Shown piece after piece: positions 23,238-35,377 of a stretch of DNA of 64,000 nt. Made by a program: the position numbers and the translations under genes. Under the pieces are notes generated by a model. The model was not told where the DNA came from. It saw nothing but the letters and a program-made list of their open reading frames with translations, and made no database searches. This DNA is from Dudresnaya verticillata (Eukaryota): assembly GCA_977862235.1 (NCBI GenBank), contig OZ374564.1:744001-808000 (forward strand). Reading direction: 5' to 3'. Position 1 is the first letter of the stretch; the number at the start of each line of letters is the position of its first letter.

Positions 23238-25476
23238 ATGTCAGGGGAGAAGAACAAGCGCTCACCGTCGCCCTTTCAACCGACACGGCGTTCCCGCGCT
23301 GCTTCCACGACTAGGGTGCAGGGCGCGCTAACCGTTACGGATGCTTCGGCTCAAGCGCCGGCTTCTTCCTCGGCGGCAGCGACGCGACCCGCAACGGGCG
23401 GTCGTACGAGCGTTGCCGTGACGGAACCTTCACCGGCTCCATCAGCGAGCCGAGGGTGGTCGGTCTATGATCCGAATCGGTTTGCTGCGAGCGCAGCCAC
23501 AAGGACCGCGCTACCAGGGAGTGCAGCGACCCACCGTGACGGAGAGGCGCCAACCAAGGCCGCGATGATGCGTTCCGTCGTGGTGGCGAGGACCTAAACA
23601 TGGCAGACCTACCGGTCATTCCGTTACGGGCACCATCGACACCGGTATCGACGCCGAGTCGTAGGATGGTGGCTAGTCCACATACTTCATCAAGTACACC
23701 GAGACGGATGCGTGGGCCCCCGAAAACCAATCCACCTGCACCGGGGCCTTGGTGGCCGGTGGTGCATACCCGTGACGGAGAGGGCCCTGCCCCGAGTGGT
23801 TATTGGCCGGGGCACCACTTTGATCATCGCGCGGGGCGCCCGGCTAGAACCGATGCGGAGAGGGCAAAGATTAAGCCCCCGATGACGGTGGACTACTTCA
23901 TCGAGAAATATCCAACCGTCTTGGAAGCAAGAAGGTACAAGGCCGTCATGGCGCAACCCTTCAAGGCGAATCAACGCCTTGGCGTTTTTCCGAATCGGAG
24001 AGAATTTGTATGGCAAAGCCGATGGGTGCATGGCTATTGTCAAGCGCGGACCTCTACCGTTTCGGATTTGTTGTGGTATCGCTGCCATGGGGAGGTAGGA
24101 TATACCGTAAAGGTGAGTCACCTGTTGGCCAAAGGTTTCCGTCTCCGGGGTGCGCTGGTCGGAGTGCAATTAATTTGCTTCGACCGCCCCTATGACCAGT
24201 CGTTATATTGGTTCCGCTATACTGATGGGTGGAAGGACGATGCCGCGATGGAACACCGTTTGCGAACTCGTTCCCGTGACGGAATGCAAGTTGGCTCGCC
24301 AATCCTGCATACGTGGAACACTAAGGAGTTCTTCCATCTTCCGTATCGGGTGCGTCGTGAATTGTACCTTACAGCTCCGTCATGGTGGGATCGTTATGAG
24401 GTGACCCGTTGGTTGTCTGTCCCCACGCCTTCCGTCGTGGCATACTTCTCTGCGGACGTACTCACCGAACGGGAGTGGAATCACAAGAATCCGAACGGAG
24501 AGCGCCCCCCGAATCAAGATCAGCTCGATGTACTGTGGCGCATCTTCCGATCGGAATCTGCAATTCTGGTGCTCTTCTCGTGGCTCCAGGTGGCCTATTA
24601 CGGAGTACGGTATAATACCAAGTTAACCGTCTGGCGATGCTTCCCACGGGATGAGGATGACCTGCCCGGAGGAGACTGTGGCCGTATTTTTCAACTTCCC
24701 GTAACGGTGATCGCCCTAATTCGCCAAGTCGGCGTAGCCGATTTGGTGACGGGGTCGGCGTACCCTCTCCATCGGGTTGAGCGTCCTTTATCCGTACACG
24801 GAGAGCAGGATTGGCAACGCACTCCGGGCTTCTTGGGGTACAGTTGGGATGAGGACCGTGTCCTATCGGTGCCCCCGCTTAGGCCCGGAGTGGGCGAGCC
24901 ATATTTCCTTCATCGAGAAGATCCGCGTCCGGAATGGTTGGCCTTAGAGGTGCAGGCCCATCGGAGCTATGCGCCTCGCCAAGCACCAAGGGATGCGTAC
25001 CGTGACGGTTTGGACGGGGCTGAAGATTGGGGGGGCTATCAGGAGGCAGCGGGGCGTTCGCGTACAATCGACCCGCGCGATTCCGTTACGGTGAGGCAGC
25101 AAGAAGCTGACCCCTTCTTGGAAGAACAGGAGGGGGTCAGGCCCGTCGCATCAATGGCAGCGGGTAGCGAGAAGACATCCGCTCCAATCCTTCCGGTGGT
25201 CGCGACACCCACGTCGCGCGATGTGGATCGTGAGACTACTACTCCCGTATCGGATAAGGCCCCAACGCCCATAGGCGTGGTTGCGCCTACTATGGCGGTG
25301 CCCAAGCCTGCGGCACCATCCGAGAAGGGGACCTCAAAGGAGCAGACCGTTTCGGAAGTAGCGCCGGGTACTGTGCCGGCGGCACTGTCGCCTGCGACGC
25401 AAATGCCTGCAGCCGCCAAACCGCCCCCGACAAGTGCTCCACTGTTGGCGCCCACTCCCACACCAGCGGTGAGTGA
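23238..25476 (+). pseudogene. Antisense accessory ORF of element E (unknown Trp/Tyr-rich domain; one frameshift near 23597; truncated by LTR D)
   Basis: CCACCATG start 140 nt from the LTR. MSGEKNKRSP... followed by the long ORF from 23600. Collinear motifs shared with the ORF at 26590. Confidence 0.7.
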
Positions 25477-26314
25477 TGTGGTGCAACGCCCGAACAAGGG
25501 CGCAACCCCAGAACCAGAGTCCCAGTGGTCCTCCCACGGGGTGGTAGCAGGCGGCGGCAGTGAGGCCGACGCCGGTTGGGTGGTAGAGCTAGGGACACGG
25601 GGTGTGCCCCGGGTGGTTGAAACGTGGGCGGGGCCGACTGTAAACCCCCGGCCCACGTTGGAGTGCCGTAGTGCACGTAGAACGATGAAGGCGATTACGC
25701 CGCTGAGTGCTGTTGAAGCCAGGCAGTAGAACGGGGTACGTAAGCCCAAGTCGCGCACGGCGTCGTCACCGGGTGCGAAGGTGGGGGTATCCTCGAGTTC
25801 CTAGGCCTGCTTGGCGCTTTAGTGTGAGGGGGTTCACCCCGTATACTAAGTATCCCCCGCGGGAGATGCGCGCGCGTGTGTGGCGCCGTGCGCTTGACAC
25901 TTGGCATGCGCGCGCACCGCGAGCTCACTAAAATATCGCGCAGAAATACCTAGCGTAGAAATACTACTACCGCACTGTAAATCAGTGTAATCTAAGGGTG
26001 CGTATTGCTGGAGCGCACCCGAGCGAGGATTCCCTCGGATATATTCGGCGCGCGTGTTGCGCGTGTACACGTGGAGACGTGTCGCCCGTGTGTGCTGTTG
26101 GCGCGTGCTGTACGGGCGCGCGCGCACCGTGCCAACGGCGCGTCAACCATTGGCCGGATCTCGCACGCGCGGCATCCGCGCGCGGGCCCATCCAAGCTGC
26201 CGGTAATCGGCGTATGTTATAGTCGCGGGTGATCCGCGTGTACCGTCGTCCGCTCACCGCGCGAGCTGGTGTAGCGATATAAAACGGGGTTTTCCCCCGG
26301 GGTCTTGCACCACA
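25477..26314 (-). repeat. 3' LTR of element D (838 bp)
   Basis: TGTGGTGCAA...TTGCACCACA termini, adjacent PPT, CGCG-rich like LTR C. Confidence 0.85.
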
Positions 26315-26589
26315 TCGCCCCCCTCCTAAGAGCGAAACCCGCGGTGCCGCCCCTCATCTTGCAGTGTCATCACTCTGCCTGCGGAGTCATCTCCGATTGT
26401 AACGCGCAGTAACAACCCCGCCGCCGTCTTGACGACTCGTCTGCTCCTGACCGCGGCTCTCCGCTTTCCAAATTGGACGACTGGTGTGTGCGCCCCGCGT
26501 GCGTGCCTTGCTTGAACGCGTCAGTCGGTTCGTGGTTTCCCGCGCGTTCCCTCACCACGCCCTTTTGCGGTCATCCGCTACCCGCAACT

Positions 26590-29380
26590 ATGAGCCAACC
26601 TCCATCGGCGGCGGCGCCGGGTGCGACGGACACGGAGGATTTCTCGGAGATCCAGCCCAACCCGTCGGCGCCTGCCGCCACATCCGCCCCGGTGCCGCAA
26701 CCCGCGTTGGCTGCTGCGCACGTGACCGCCGACCTACCGTCTGTCCCACGTCTACCACCGGTTCCTGCCCTGCCGCTGTCGGCTCCAGTCATGGCTTCGC
26801 TACCTCCGCCGACACCGGCGCTGTTGTTACAGGAAATGGGGAATGCCCCGGTATCCGGGTCCCAAGCATCGCATCTGTCGCCGTCGACGTACGCGGCGGC
26901 TTTGTCATCGGAGTTTGTCCCCATTCCTGTCGCCCCGGCCCCGCCGACCATCAAGTACCCGCATCCGGCGGAGTTCGTCGGCCTGGAGGTGGCGCAGGAC
27001 CTCGACTTGTTTGCGCGTGCACCGTGGTTTCACCCACGCGACTTCCGAGCGATGAACATCATCGGGCGTTACGTTATCGGCGGTTACTTGCCAGAGGATC
27101 TCCCCGTCGATGTATTGCAGTCGGAGGACTGGCGCCTCCACGGGGCGGTCCCCATTCACCACCTCAACGACCGGCACCGTCCCCTAGACGTAGTATTCCG
27201 CGATTGGGTTCGCCTTGTCTACCGGCGTCATACGCGCACCATCGGTCGTGGGGTCATCGCGCCGGACCTCGGCGTTGATTACGCGGTATACCGCACGAAT
27301 GGTGAAGTGGATTACGTGTGGTACCTGGCCGGTTTAGACCTCCCTCAGGCTTGGCGCGGGCGTGAGCCGCGGGTTTCACAGGCGGCGTTACTCTTTGACG
27401 TCCAGTTGCGGAATGAGTTTCGCTACCTTCGCAAGCGCGGTAGCGCCTTCTGGGACAAGATCCGCTTCGAACGCCGTGAACGCTCACGTCTCGGCATCTT
27501 TGTCCCCTATCCCCACATCGAGGCTTCCCTCTTCAGGATGGTGTACCGCCGTCGGTACTACATCGGCCTACCGCTCACCTGGGCAGCAGTCGAGACCTGC
27601 GAGGGCTTCCTCGTAGAGTTACGCAACGTGTTCGGTTATTGCATGAGCGAGTTCTTACGCGACCCGAACACGGGGTTGTGGACGGTGGCCTACACCGAAT
27701 TCATCGCGAAGATCTCCATGCATTGGCTTTGGGAGACGTATGATACCCTGCGCTTGTGGTTCTTACCTCCGACGGTGACGTCCCTTCTAGATGCGTTGGA
27801 CCTCCGCACCGTGCTCGGTGGACAGAGTAACGACGACGAATTTCGCAGATTACTGCAGCTTCATAGCACTATTGATTGGGACGACCCAGCAGTGGTGCCG
27901 CTGTCAAATAACAAACGCAGTAACCTGCGGCGTAACTTTTCGCCGGGTCGGCGTCACCCCACCTGTGGGGACTTTGTCTGGTATGACCCCTGGCGACGCC
28001 AGCTCGTTGGCGAACACGAAGCGCGGTTTCACCGCGAGCACCCAGTGCCGATGCCGGCGGATTATCTCACCGGCTACCTGTACGACGCGATGGAGCAGGG
28101 TGTTGATGAGGAGGGTAGCAGAGATCTCCCCGATGGTTACAACGTCCACTTGTCGGGTCACGACGTCTCTGCTCCCCCGACTTCATATGCCGACTTGGAC
28201 GGTGAAAGGAATATGGAGAGGTTGGAGTTGAACAAGATGAGAAATGGAAGTCGCTTGACTTCGTTTACTGCAGTCGACCATCCGACATGGCTTATATCAG
28301 CTTTTCGGAAGAGTTGCTGCGTGAACACAAACAAAACAAATCATTAAAGAAACGCCCAAAATCCCTATCATCAAATGGGCGGGAAAAAAGTAAAGCAATT
28401 AAATCTACCAAATCATACTCTCAGCACACTCACATCCGCCACCAAAATGGGCCGGAACTTGCACACCAGTGTTGCTAACTGCTGACATCAGCAATCCCTC
28501 TTGCGACCGCATTTCCTGCCATCCATATGTACTCCAACTTTGGGCGGGAACTCGAAAGTATCGAGTGTCCCCGCATGGCTGCTGTCGGACAACACTGCAC
28601 ACCACGTGGCCGCACTTACGAGCTGAAGTCCGTCCATGAATATCCAACTTGGATCATTGACCACGTAATCACCCAGATTTGCCTACGTGGCAGCTGTAAA
28701 CCAACGTGTCCGCCGCGCGACAGCTACGTAATCACCCAGATTTGCCTACGTGGCAGCTGTAAACCAACGTGTCGGCCGCACGACACCTACGTGGCAACTG
28801 TAAACCAACGTGTCGGCCGCACGACAACTGCATCTGCTGATATCACAAGCCAGGCTCGACGTAGCGCAAGTCCCTGCAGTACCAACTCAGACGCCATCAG
28901 CACATTGCATGGCACGTTCATATGTACTTGTGGAGTACAGTGCGCGTCATACCAGTACCATTCCATGTCATACCACGGGCATCCATGTGGTCCAATCAGA
29001 TCGTTCCACTTGGCCGTTCCTGTTATAACCGCCAATTCCAGCACAACACTTGTAAGCCATATAGACCATGGAGGCGGTTTGTAACAACCAATCAGAAGCC
29101 CGTTTCACGTTGCTTTTGCAAAAGGCCTAAATGCGCCGTGATTTTGGAAGCCCGGAAAAAGGGCTGTCGTCTCCGGAAGGTTTGGTGAAAGCGTGCCAGG
29201 GTACCATCTGGGGTGCCTGACCCGTGACGTGAGGGTCCAGCGACCATGTCCTCTACAGACGGCCCGCGGTCCCGCGTACAACGCGAGTTGCGCGAGGGTG
29301 CGGGGTCGTCAGCCAGGGGCATGGTTGTTTGGGGTGCTACCGCTTCATCGCCGGAGAGAACTCCGAGATTGCTTGCCTGA
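26590..29380 (+). pseudogene. Antisense accessory ORF of element D (~576 aa after removing the Copia solo LTR)
   Basis: ATG at 26590 (MSQPPSAAAP), open for over 530 codons up to the insertion. Pro/Ala-rich N-terminus followed by an aromatic-rich globular region homologous to the element E ORF. Confidence 0.75.
28203..29257 (-). mobile_element. Copia solo LTR, TSD GACGG
   Basis: GACGG at 28198-28202 and 29258-29262. Reverse-complement LTR with a variant TGTAGAG start and a rearranged repeat array. Confidence 0.95.
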
Positions 29381-31289
29381 TGCACCGTTGGTCGATGCGA
29401 CCGCAGAGGCCGTCACCCCGACTAACACGGGCGCCACTGGTGGCACACCCGGACCTACCCGGCTCGCTATGGTACATATGGCTGACTTTTTGCAGCGTTC
29501 CGGGGTTGACCTCGACTTGAGTCTCTCGGAGCGTGAGCTCCGAGAGCGGCTTAGCGCTATTTTAGCGGCTGCTGCGCACGAAACTGGCGATGGTAGGGCC
29601 CGTTCACACGAGTCACCTGCGACGGAGTCGACTCCGGTTAATAGGGCGCTAACCTCCTCGGGGACAGCGCGGCGACGGGCACGGAGTTGGCTCCAGGGGC
29701 CGCGAGTGCGACTGTAGGTGATGGCCCCATGGACGTAGCTCCGGGCAACCCGCCGAGTGAGGCGGAGCGCGCCCTAGAGAAGGATGGCGATGCGACGGAC
29801 ACCAATGCTGAGCCCGGCGGTGATATCACCGGTGATCCCATGTTTGCATGGATGAAGCGCACGGATTAGCCGCGTATAGTGGCGTCAGTGCCAGTGCTGA
29901 TGGGCCCGCTGTGGGGCATATAGTCGTAGTTAAAGCGGTCGATCCGCGTGGAAATGTTCGTTGTTTGGTCAACGTGAAATAAGAACCAGCTTGCTTAGTT
30001 GTCCGTCCCGCTCCAGTAGTTAGCATTGCGGGTGCTGCTTGAGGCGTTGCTGAAGTGGACCAGCGGCGTACATGTCCGCGGGTGTGCAGTACGAGGTTGG
30101 CAAGGCGGATGCCAGGTCGCAGCCCGTAGCGTAGCGTGCATTAGTGCTAGGGGCCCATCGACGGCGCTCCATGTCGGGGCACTTAACAATAGGCGATACG
30201 GTTTATCCGTGTTTTGGGTACTCGTTGAGTAACGACGTTGCTGGGTCAACTTCCGTGCTCGAGGGTAGGTTCGACGTGTTCCAGCGTTAGGTAGAATCCG
30301 AGCGGTCTAGCCGCGGGTGAATACTTGTTGCTGGTCAACGCCAAACATTCGGTTATCTTGGCGAAGCATGCTCGCTTTAGTGGAGCGGAGGCGGTTGACA
30401 GTCGTTGAGCGGGACTTCCGCGCCTCGGTACTTGCTGGTTAGCAACGCTGCTAGTCACCCTTCCAGATTTGCCACCAGGCGAGGAGCGCCATAAGGCGTG
30501 GCGAGAGCGGACGTCGTGGGGATCCACTGTATCATTACCGTATTGCCACGCCGTTTGGGCATTCGTATTGTCTGAACGGTATGTATCGCATGAAACGGTT
30601 ACCCGCGTAAAGCAACGCGATGTCATTAGTGTTAGCATCCGTGTCCGTGGTCGCAATTGAAGCGGTCTGCCCGCGTGGAGATTCCCGCCGAGGACCAGCG
30701 TGAAAACAGCTAACGCTTGTCTCGCCACTGAACCTTGAGGGGGAACGATCTTATTGGGTCCATAATGCCCGTTCTCGCTGAGGCTCCGCGGTTTTCCATC
30801 AGCGGGCGTAGTCCTTCCGCGTATCGGTACCCGTCTGCGGGTAGAATAAGTTATTACTACGATCGTTGTATCCACGTTAGGGTCGACGCACGGGCGCATT
30901 TTCCAAACTATGCGGTGATGGCCGGCTCACGTGGGAAGCCACGGTCGCTGTTAGTGCGTCGTTGCTACTCGTTGATGTACAACGTCGTCTCGTCTTGTCT
31001 GCCGTAGCAGGCGATGGTCGTCGCATTTGCGTAGTAGCGGTCTTCGTGTGGTGCCACAGTAACAATTGTCTTCATCGGCCATGGTAGATTGTTCGTCGTA
31101 TGTCAACGTTATTAAAGTCAAGCCTTCTGGGCATAGGGGGCGTGTGCCGGCCTGTAATATCGCGAGTTCGCGACGCGCGGTGGTAATGGCCGACGGGGTG
31201 GACCATGGTTCGCCAGTCGATGTGATCCAACGCGTTATAGCTACTTTCGTCACTTGGGCTACCGCTGTAACCACTCCTGTTGAGGCACC

Positions 31290-34200
31290 TCAACCCACCA
31301 TGGCGCGGTGTAGGTCGTTGGGCGTTCCCAGCCTAGCCTTACGACAATAGCGCAGGACCTGACTGCGAGGTAGGTTTTCGATCGGCTCGAGTGTGTTCGC
31401 GGAACTTGGATATCCAAACCACTTGACCTCATAGAGCGTACCCCCGTTAGCGTATTCGTGGTTAACCACTTTCTCGATGAAAAACATTGTACACCGAGCT
31501 CCCGTAGCGGTGTGTACAGTAGATGGTGCCGTTACTGTAGAGCGAGGATTGGCCTCAGCATGAGGAGTCGTGGGTATGACCACTGGATTTTGATCCAATG
31601 TCACGCGCCGTGCTGCGGTGGTGCCTCCCGTGTTCTGTCGTGGGGTCGATCCCGTTGTGGTTTGGCGCAAGCGTGCGCTTCGACGCGGCTGAGTTGCGAT
31701 TACACGCGGATTAGCTTCGATGGGTGCCGTCGTTGACGAGCTCGGCTCGCCTCGTTGGTCCTCGGGGGCGTCCCCGCTCTTATCGACACCGTCCTCGCTT
31801 GCGTCTCGCCTGAGCTGTCTGGTCTGTGCACCGTCCGACGACGAGTCATGAGAGCTGTAGAAGTGGTCCTCGCTGCGAGGTCGAAACAAGGCGTCACTCA
31901 CCGGTCTAGCGCGTATGTCATCTGGTAGCGCCGAATCGTGGGTAGCCACGTCGTCCCGTGTGGTATTATCGTAGCTATCTACGTCTTCAAACTTCTCGTG
32001 GTCCGGACCGGCGGGGGCGGGATCACGCGCATCACCGACTTGATTGCCGGTATCGGCTACTACGGGATGAGTCTCCGCGGCGATGCCTTGCTTCGTTGGT
32101 TGGGCCGGTGTCGCGTGGTGATCCACATCCCTGATGTTTCGGCCCCGTAGTTCCTTATCCACATTAGCAATTTCGGCGGTGCGCGAAAGGCGGTCACCCG
32201 CGGCGCCGTTGGTCCGTGAGGGCAGCGTAGGCTTACCTTTTGCAGCCTGTCGTGCCGTCTTAACACTAGGCGAAGGCGAATGCGTCGTTTCCGACTGTGG
32301 GGTACCCTCGTAGTTACCCGTGCGTCGCGTCAGTGCCTTGCTTTGGGTACCTCCCGACAAGGGCTGAATGGGCCCCGGAGGTGACTCTGCGAGCGTGTCG
32401 TTCGTTATCCGCGGTGGTTCCGCTGTACTGACCGACTTTGGGGCCGCCGAGGGCGGCCCCCGTAGGACACTAAGCTCAGGGTGGCGTGCGTCCGCGTTTT
32501 GGTCTTCACGTTGTCTTTCGACGCCCTGTCCACTGCGGGGCGACGGGAGTACGCTTCTGTTGCTTGCCGGCGTCGGCATGGGAGATGCGGTAGTACGCAA
32601 GGCCGAGGGAATCCTCATTATGATTCGTGCATACTTTTGGCTGTCGCCAAATCCAGAGTCTCCCTGTGGCGGCAGATCAGCCAATCCCCGTTCGGGACTC
32701 ATCGGCACTGATGACAGCGGAGTACTTGGCAGTTGCTTATTGGTTTCGCGGTGAGGTCCGCTGTCGCCTGGCGCAGGAAGTGCTTCCACGTGATCAGCTC
32801 GTGCCCTTTCGTCATCGGGCGTAAACGTGGGCTCGGGTGGGGGTGCCAAGACCACCCTGTCGCGGGAAATCCGCTCTTGGGTGCCGTTCCCCATGTCGAG
32901 AACGACGGTATCGCCCTCGGCTTTCACAACCCTATATGGACCGTCGCTGATCGGCGCAAGCTTATGCTTGGGGGCATCCCTGCCATAGTACTCCTTCCTA
33001 ACGAAGACATACGAACCGTCGTTGATAACTTCCGCGGGTATCCGCACTCTTGCGTCAAAATCACGTTTGTAGCGCGCTTGCGACTTAGCGAGTTCCTTAC
33101 CTGCGGTTTCCATCAGCCCGCGTAGCCATTCCAGCAACTTTTCGCGGTACTTCGCTGTAGACGGGAAGCCCCGTAGAGAGGGTTCGGCCTCGATAGCCAG
33201 CGGCGGCGGCGGGCGTGACAGAACCAATTGGAAAGGTGCCAACTTCGTCACAGTGTGTACCTGCGTGTTGTAAGTGTACGTGAGTGCGTCACTGAATAGG
33301 TCCCAATCACGCGGGTGGTCCGCGACGTAATGGCGTAGGCTCGCTAGGATAGTTCTATTGAATCGTTCGACTTGCCCATTAGTGTGGGGATGATACGTGG
33401 TTGTAAACAGGTTCTTGACACCCAGTAGGCCACAAATAGCTTGAAATAACTTCGCAGTGAACTGCGGTCCATTGTCCGACAGCAATGTCTTCGGTGGTCC
33501 ATAGACAAAAACCAATTGGTTTACGAAAGCCTTAGCGATCTCCATCGCGGAAATCTTCTTGAGCGGTATAGTCCGCGTTAACTTTGAGTAGCGGTCTACG
33601 ATGACTAGTAGGAATCGATTTCCGCGCTTAGAACGGATGAGTTCACCTAGGAGGTCTATCGAAACCTGTTCGAACGGCGCTGTCGCCGGAAATATCCTTA
33701 GGTATTTGGACACACGTCGGCGTTTGACTCGATTCCTCGCGCACGTGACGCAGTTCCGAACCGTGGTGTAGCAATCCACTGCCATTGACGGCCAATAAAA
33801 GTGGCGGCGTAGAGAATAGAACAGGTTGCGTCCACCCGGGTGACCGGCGATTTTCGCATGATGTGTCATGTGTAGAACGCGTGCTCGAAGCACGAATGGT
33901 ACCACGACCTGGGGGTCGGCCTCCAGAGTCCGGACTAGAATTCCGTCATCGTTAGCGCGAAAGGGCAGCACCTCCCCCCCGTTAAGACGCGAACGCAAGT
34001 GAGTGCACAACGCGTCTCCCAATTGGGCACGAAGTAGTTCTTCAGTAGAAATAGGCCGGAGTAAGTATTCGTCGGTGGCAGGTGGAGTGGCGACCAGCAA
34101 GCGGTCAAAAGCGTCGTAATCGTGAGAGAGGAAATCCTCGTCATCAGTGTCAGTAGCGTTGTCAGCCATAACGCAGGGGATGTCGTCATCGATAGGTTGC

Positions 34201-34343
34201 TGGGTCTCGCCCAGGGTACGCAAACGTGACAGCGCGTCGGCCTGGGTATTGAGCCGGCCCTTATTGTACTTGACATCGAAGTCGAAGTCTGACAGGCGCA
34301 GGCGCCAACGCATAAGCCGACCAGATGCGTCGGTAATTTCCAT
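31290..34343 (-). CDS. pol: Gypsy Pol C-terminal part: end of RNase H, integrase (HHCC, DDE, GPY/F), long linker, chromodomain
   Basis: RLMRWRLRLSDFDF...ADALSR; HHAKIAGHPG...CVTC; SIDLLG, SDNGPQF, NGQVERFNRT; DGPYRVV; FFIEKVVNH...YEVKWFGYPSSANTLEPIENL. Cut at the 5' side by a Copia LTR. Confidence 0.93.
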   Translation of the reverse strand: MEITDASGRLMRWRLRLSDFDFDVKYNKGRLNTQADALSRLRTLGETQQPIDDDIPCVMADNATDTDDEDFLSHDYDAFDRLLVATPPATDEYLLRPISTEELLRAQLGDALCTHLRSRLNGGEVLPFRANDDGILVRTLEADPQVVVPFVLRARVLHMTHHAKIAGHPGGRNLFYSLRRHFYWPSMAVDCYTTVRNCVTCARNRVKRRRVSKYLRIFPATAPFEQVSIDLLGELIRSKRGNRFLLVIVDRYSKLTRTIPLKKISAMEIAKAFVNQLVFVYGPPKTLLSDNGPQFTAKLFQAICGLLGVKNLFTTTYHPHTNGQVERFNRTILASLRHYVADHPRDWDLFSDALTYTYNTQVHTVTKLAPFQLVLSRPPPPLAIEAEPSLRGFPSTAKYREKLLEWLRGLMETAGKELAKSQARYKRDFDARVRIPAEVINDGSYVFVRKEYYGRDAPKHKLAPISDGPYRVVKAEGDTVVLDMGNGTQERISRDRVVLAPPPEPTFTPDDERARADHVEALPAPGDSGPHRETNKQLPSTPLSSVPMSPERGLADLPPQGDSGFGDSQKYARIIMRIPSALRTTASPMPTPASNRSVLPSPRSGQGVERQREDQNADARHPELSVLRGPPSAAPKSVSTAEPPRITNDTLAESPPGPIQPLSGGTQSKALTRRTGNYEGTPQSETTHSPSPSVKTARQAAKGKPTLPSRTNGAAGDRLSRTAEIANVDKELRGRNIRDVDHHATPAQPTKQGIAAETHPVVADTGNQVGDARDPAPAGPDHEKFEDVDSYDNTTRDDVATHDSALPDDIRARPVSDALFRPRSEDHFYSSHDSSSDGAQTRQLRRDASEDGVDKSGDAPEDQRGEPSSSTTAPIEANPRVIATQPRRSARLRQTTTGSTPRQNTGGTTAARRVTLDQNPVVIPTTPHAEANPRSTVTAPSTVHTATGARCTMFFIEKVVNHEYANGGTLYEVKWFGYPSSANTLEPIENLPRSQVLRYCRKARLGTPNDLHRAMVG

Positions 34344-34344
34344 A

Positions 34345-35377
34345 TGTTGAGGACATGGTCACTGGCGCCTCACGTCACGGGTCAGGTACCCCAGATGGTA
34401 CCCTGGCACGCTGTCACCAAACCTTCCGGAGACGACAGCCCTTTTTCCGGGCTTCCAAAATCACGGCGCATTTAGGCCTTTTGCAAAAGCAACGTGAAAC
34501 GGGCTTCTGATTGGTTGTTACAAACCGCCTCCATGGTCTATATGGCTTACAAGTGTTGTGATGGAATTGGCGGTTATAACAGGAACGGCCAAGTGGAACG
34601 ATCTGATTGGACCACATGGATGCACGTGGTATGGCATGGAATGGTGTTGGTATGACTCGCACTGTACTCCACAAGTACACATGAACGTGCCATGCAATGT
34701 GCTGATGGCGTCCGAGTTGGTACTGCAGGGACTTGCGCTACGTGGAGCCTGACTTGTGATATCAGGAGATGCAGTTGTCGTGCGGCCGACACGTTGGTTT
34801 ACAGTTGGCACGTAGCTGTCGTGCGGCCGACACGTTGGTTTACAGTTATCACGTAGCTGTCGTGCGGCCGACACGTTGGTTTACAGCTGCCACGTAGGCA
34901 AATCTGGGTGATTACGTGGTCAATGATCCAAGTTGGATATTCATGGACGGACTTGAGCTGGTAAGTGCGGCCACGTGGTGTGCAGTGTTGTCCGACAGCA
35001 GCCATGCGGGGATACTCGATACTTTCACGTTCCCGCCCAAAGTTGGAGTACATATGGATGGCAGGAAATGCGGTCGCAAGAGGGATTGCTGATGTCAGCA
35101 GTTAGCAACACTGGTGTGCAAGTTCCCGCCCATTTTGGTGGCGGATGTGAGTGTGCTGAGAGCATGATTTGGTAGATTTAATTGCTTTACTTTTTCCCGC
35201 CCATTTGATGATAGGGATTTTGGGCGTTTCTTTAATGATTTGTTTTGTTTGTGTTCACGCAGCAACTCATCCGAAAAGCTGATATAAGCCATGTCGGATG
35301 GTCGACTGCAGTAAACGAAGTCAAGCGACTTCCATTTCTCATCTTGTTCAACTCCAACCTCTCCATATTCCTTTTCA
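34345..35377 (+). repeat. Copia LTR 6 (1033 bp), non-matching flanks
   Basis: Left flank CCATA (Gypsy pol); right flank TCATC (inverted Copia start codon region). Confidence 0.93.

Larger units (their letters stand above)
25477..34344 (-). mobile_element. Gypsy element D with chromodomain integrase, 5'-truncated
   Basis: pol 3' part, ~4 kb (net) 3' region with antisense ORF, PPT 26315-26330 (CTTAGGAGGGGGGCGA on minus), 3' LTR. Confidence 0.85.

Noticed and set aside
25477..25729. C-terminus of the 709-aa ORF
   Set aside because: Read-through into LTR D; not part of the original protein.
26590..28202. Antisense ORFs as env genes
   Set aside because: Opposite orientation to pol, with no clear signal peptide or transmembrane anchor.
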